This document shows, in pieces, positions 62,960-64,000 of a stretch of 64,000 nucleotides of DNA. A model generated the notes under the pieces. The model was not told the origin of the DNA. It saw only the letters and a list, made by a program, of their open reading frames with translations, and ran no database searches. The stretch lies in the sequence record DRR723986_4928, one strand, 5' to 3'. Made by a program: the position numbers and the translations under genes. Every line of letters starts with the position of its first letter. The first letter of the stretch is position 1.

Positions 62960-63944
62960 ATTGATCGCAAGCCTGCCAAAGGCGGAACTGCACCTTCATA
63001 TCGAGGGAAGTTTCGAGCCGGAAATGATGATGGCACTCGCCGAAAGGAACAGGATCAAAATCCCGTTCAAGACACTTGAAGAAGCGAAGGCCGCCTACGA
63101 TTTCGCCAACCTTCAGGAATTTCTGGACCTGTACTATCAAGGCATGAATGTGCTGCGCACCGAGCAGGACTTCCATGATCTGACCTGGGCGTACCTCCAA
63201 CGCGCCAAAACTGACAATGTGCGCCATGTCGAGATGTTCTACGACCCGCAAGCCCACACGGAGCGTGGTGTTGCGTTCGGCACGGTAACGGAGGGCATCC
63301 TGGCCGCGCTGGAGCGCGGGAAAAAGGAACTCGGCATCACGTCGGAACTTATCATGAGCTTCCTGAGGCATCTCTCGGAAGAGGACGGCTTCGCGCTACT
63401 GGAAGAGTCAAAACCCTGGCACGACAAGTTCATCGGCGTGGGCCTCGACAGTTCTGAAGTTGGCCACCCGCCCCTGAAATTCGAGCGACTGTTCGCCAAA
63501 TGCAGGGAGCTTGGTTTCAAACTGTGCCTGCACGCAGGAGAAGAAGGTCCGCCATCCTATGTCCGCGAAGCATTACTCGACATCGGCGCAGACAGGATCG
63601 ACCATGGAAATCGCGCAATGGAAGACCCGGCTCTGATCAAGATCCTGCATGATACGCAAACCCCGCTGACCAACTGTCCTCTCTCGAATCTTGCGCTTTG
63701 CGTGGTCAATGATCTCAAAGACAGCCCGGTGAAGGCACAGCTGGAGGCCGGCCTGCTCGTCACCGTCAACTCCGATGATCCGGCCTATTTCGGCGGCTAT
63801 ATCGGCCGCAACTATGAAGCCATCGAGGAAGCACTCGACCTGACGGACGAGCAGCTGGTGCAACTGGCCAAGAATAGTTTTGCCGCATCCTTTCTGCCGG
63901 GAAAAGACAAGATCAGGCTGATCCAGGAAGTTGATAGTGTCTGA
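62943..63944 (+). CDS. add: Adenosine deaminase family protein, probably adenine deaminase
   Basis: KAELHLHIEG, HAGEEG, RIDHG, CPLSN, NSDDPAYFGG. Confidence 0.88.
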   Translation: MAKHAELIASLPKAELHLHIEGSFEPEMMMALAERNRIKIPFKTLEEAKAAYDFANLQEFLDLYYQGMNVLRTEQDFHDLTWAYLQRAKTDNVRHVEMFYDPQAHTERGVAFGTVTEGILAALERGKKELGITSELIMSFLRHLSEEDGFALLEESKPWHDKFIGVGLDSSEVGHPPLKFERLFAKCRELGFKLCLHAGEEGPPSYVREALLDIGADRIDHGNRAMEDPALIKILHDTQTPLTNCPLSNLALCVVNDLKDSPVKAQLEAGLLVTVNSDDPAYFGGYIGRNYEAIEEALDLTDEQLVQLAKNSFAASFLPGKDKIRLIQEVDSV

Positions 63945-64000
63945 CACGCTCTGGCGGGAAAGTGGCCTGGAACCGCAGATCTGCGGACTTGAACCGGCAC

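Overview
This is a chromosomal window from a high-GC alphaproteobacterium. Gene content and order suggest Hyphomonadaceae/Caulobacterales, which is an inference. Most of it is core genome: lpdA (3' end), ccoNOQP-ccoGHIS with divergent fixL-fixJ-fixT-like genes, tRNA-Ser-rlpA-dacA-tmk-holB-tatD, guaA/rsmB/guaB, rlmE-ppx, hspQ, hldE, pyrG-secG-tpiA, ppiD-trpEGDC-lexA, gltX-gltA, purQ and an adenine deaminase. Accessory genes are interleaved: a DUF2891-NRAMP-pxpABC 5-oxoproline operon, a TsdA-like diheme cytochrome beside the tRNA, two tandem TPR-AspH-type dioxygenases, an orphan indoleamine 2,3-dioxygenase, two sulfotransferases, a dodecin-like gene and a photolyase-cfa/ufaM-SDR operon. Features missing from or misread by the ORF track include ccoQ, ccoS, tRNA-Ser(TGA), an internally deleted and frameshifted comEC pseudogene, a 22-codon uORF coupled to an MFS gene, an SOS box, an ECF11/sigmaE-type promoter implying a CTG start for the photolyase, and a FixJ-like site (with no FNR/FixK box) at ccoN. 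I saw no CRISPR array, transposase, integrase or prophage. The best candidates for under-described systems are a FixK-less FixLJ-cbb3 module with a small CxxC membrane protein, the TPR-AspH/sulfotransferase/IDO set, and the DUF2891 lipoprotein operon. All three are hypotheses, not demonstrated systems.
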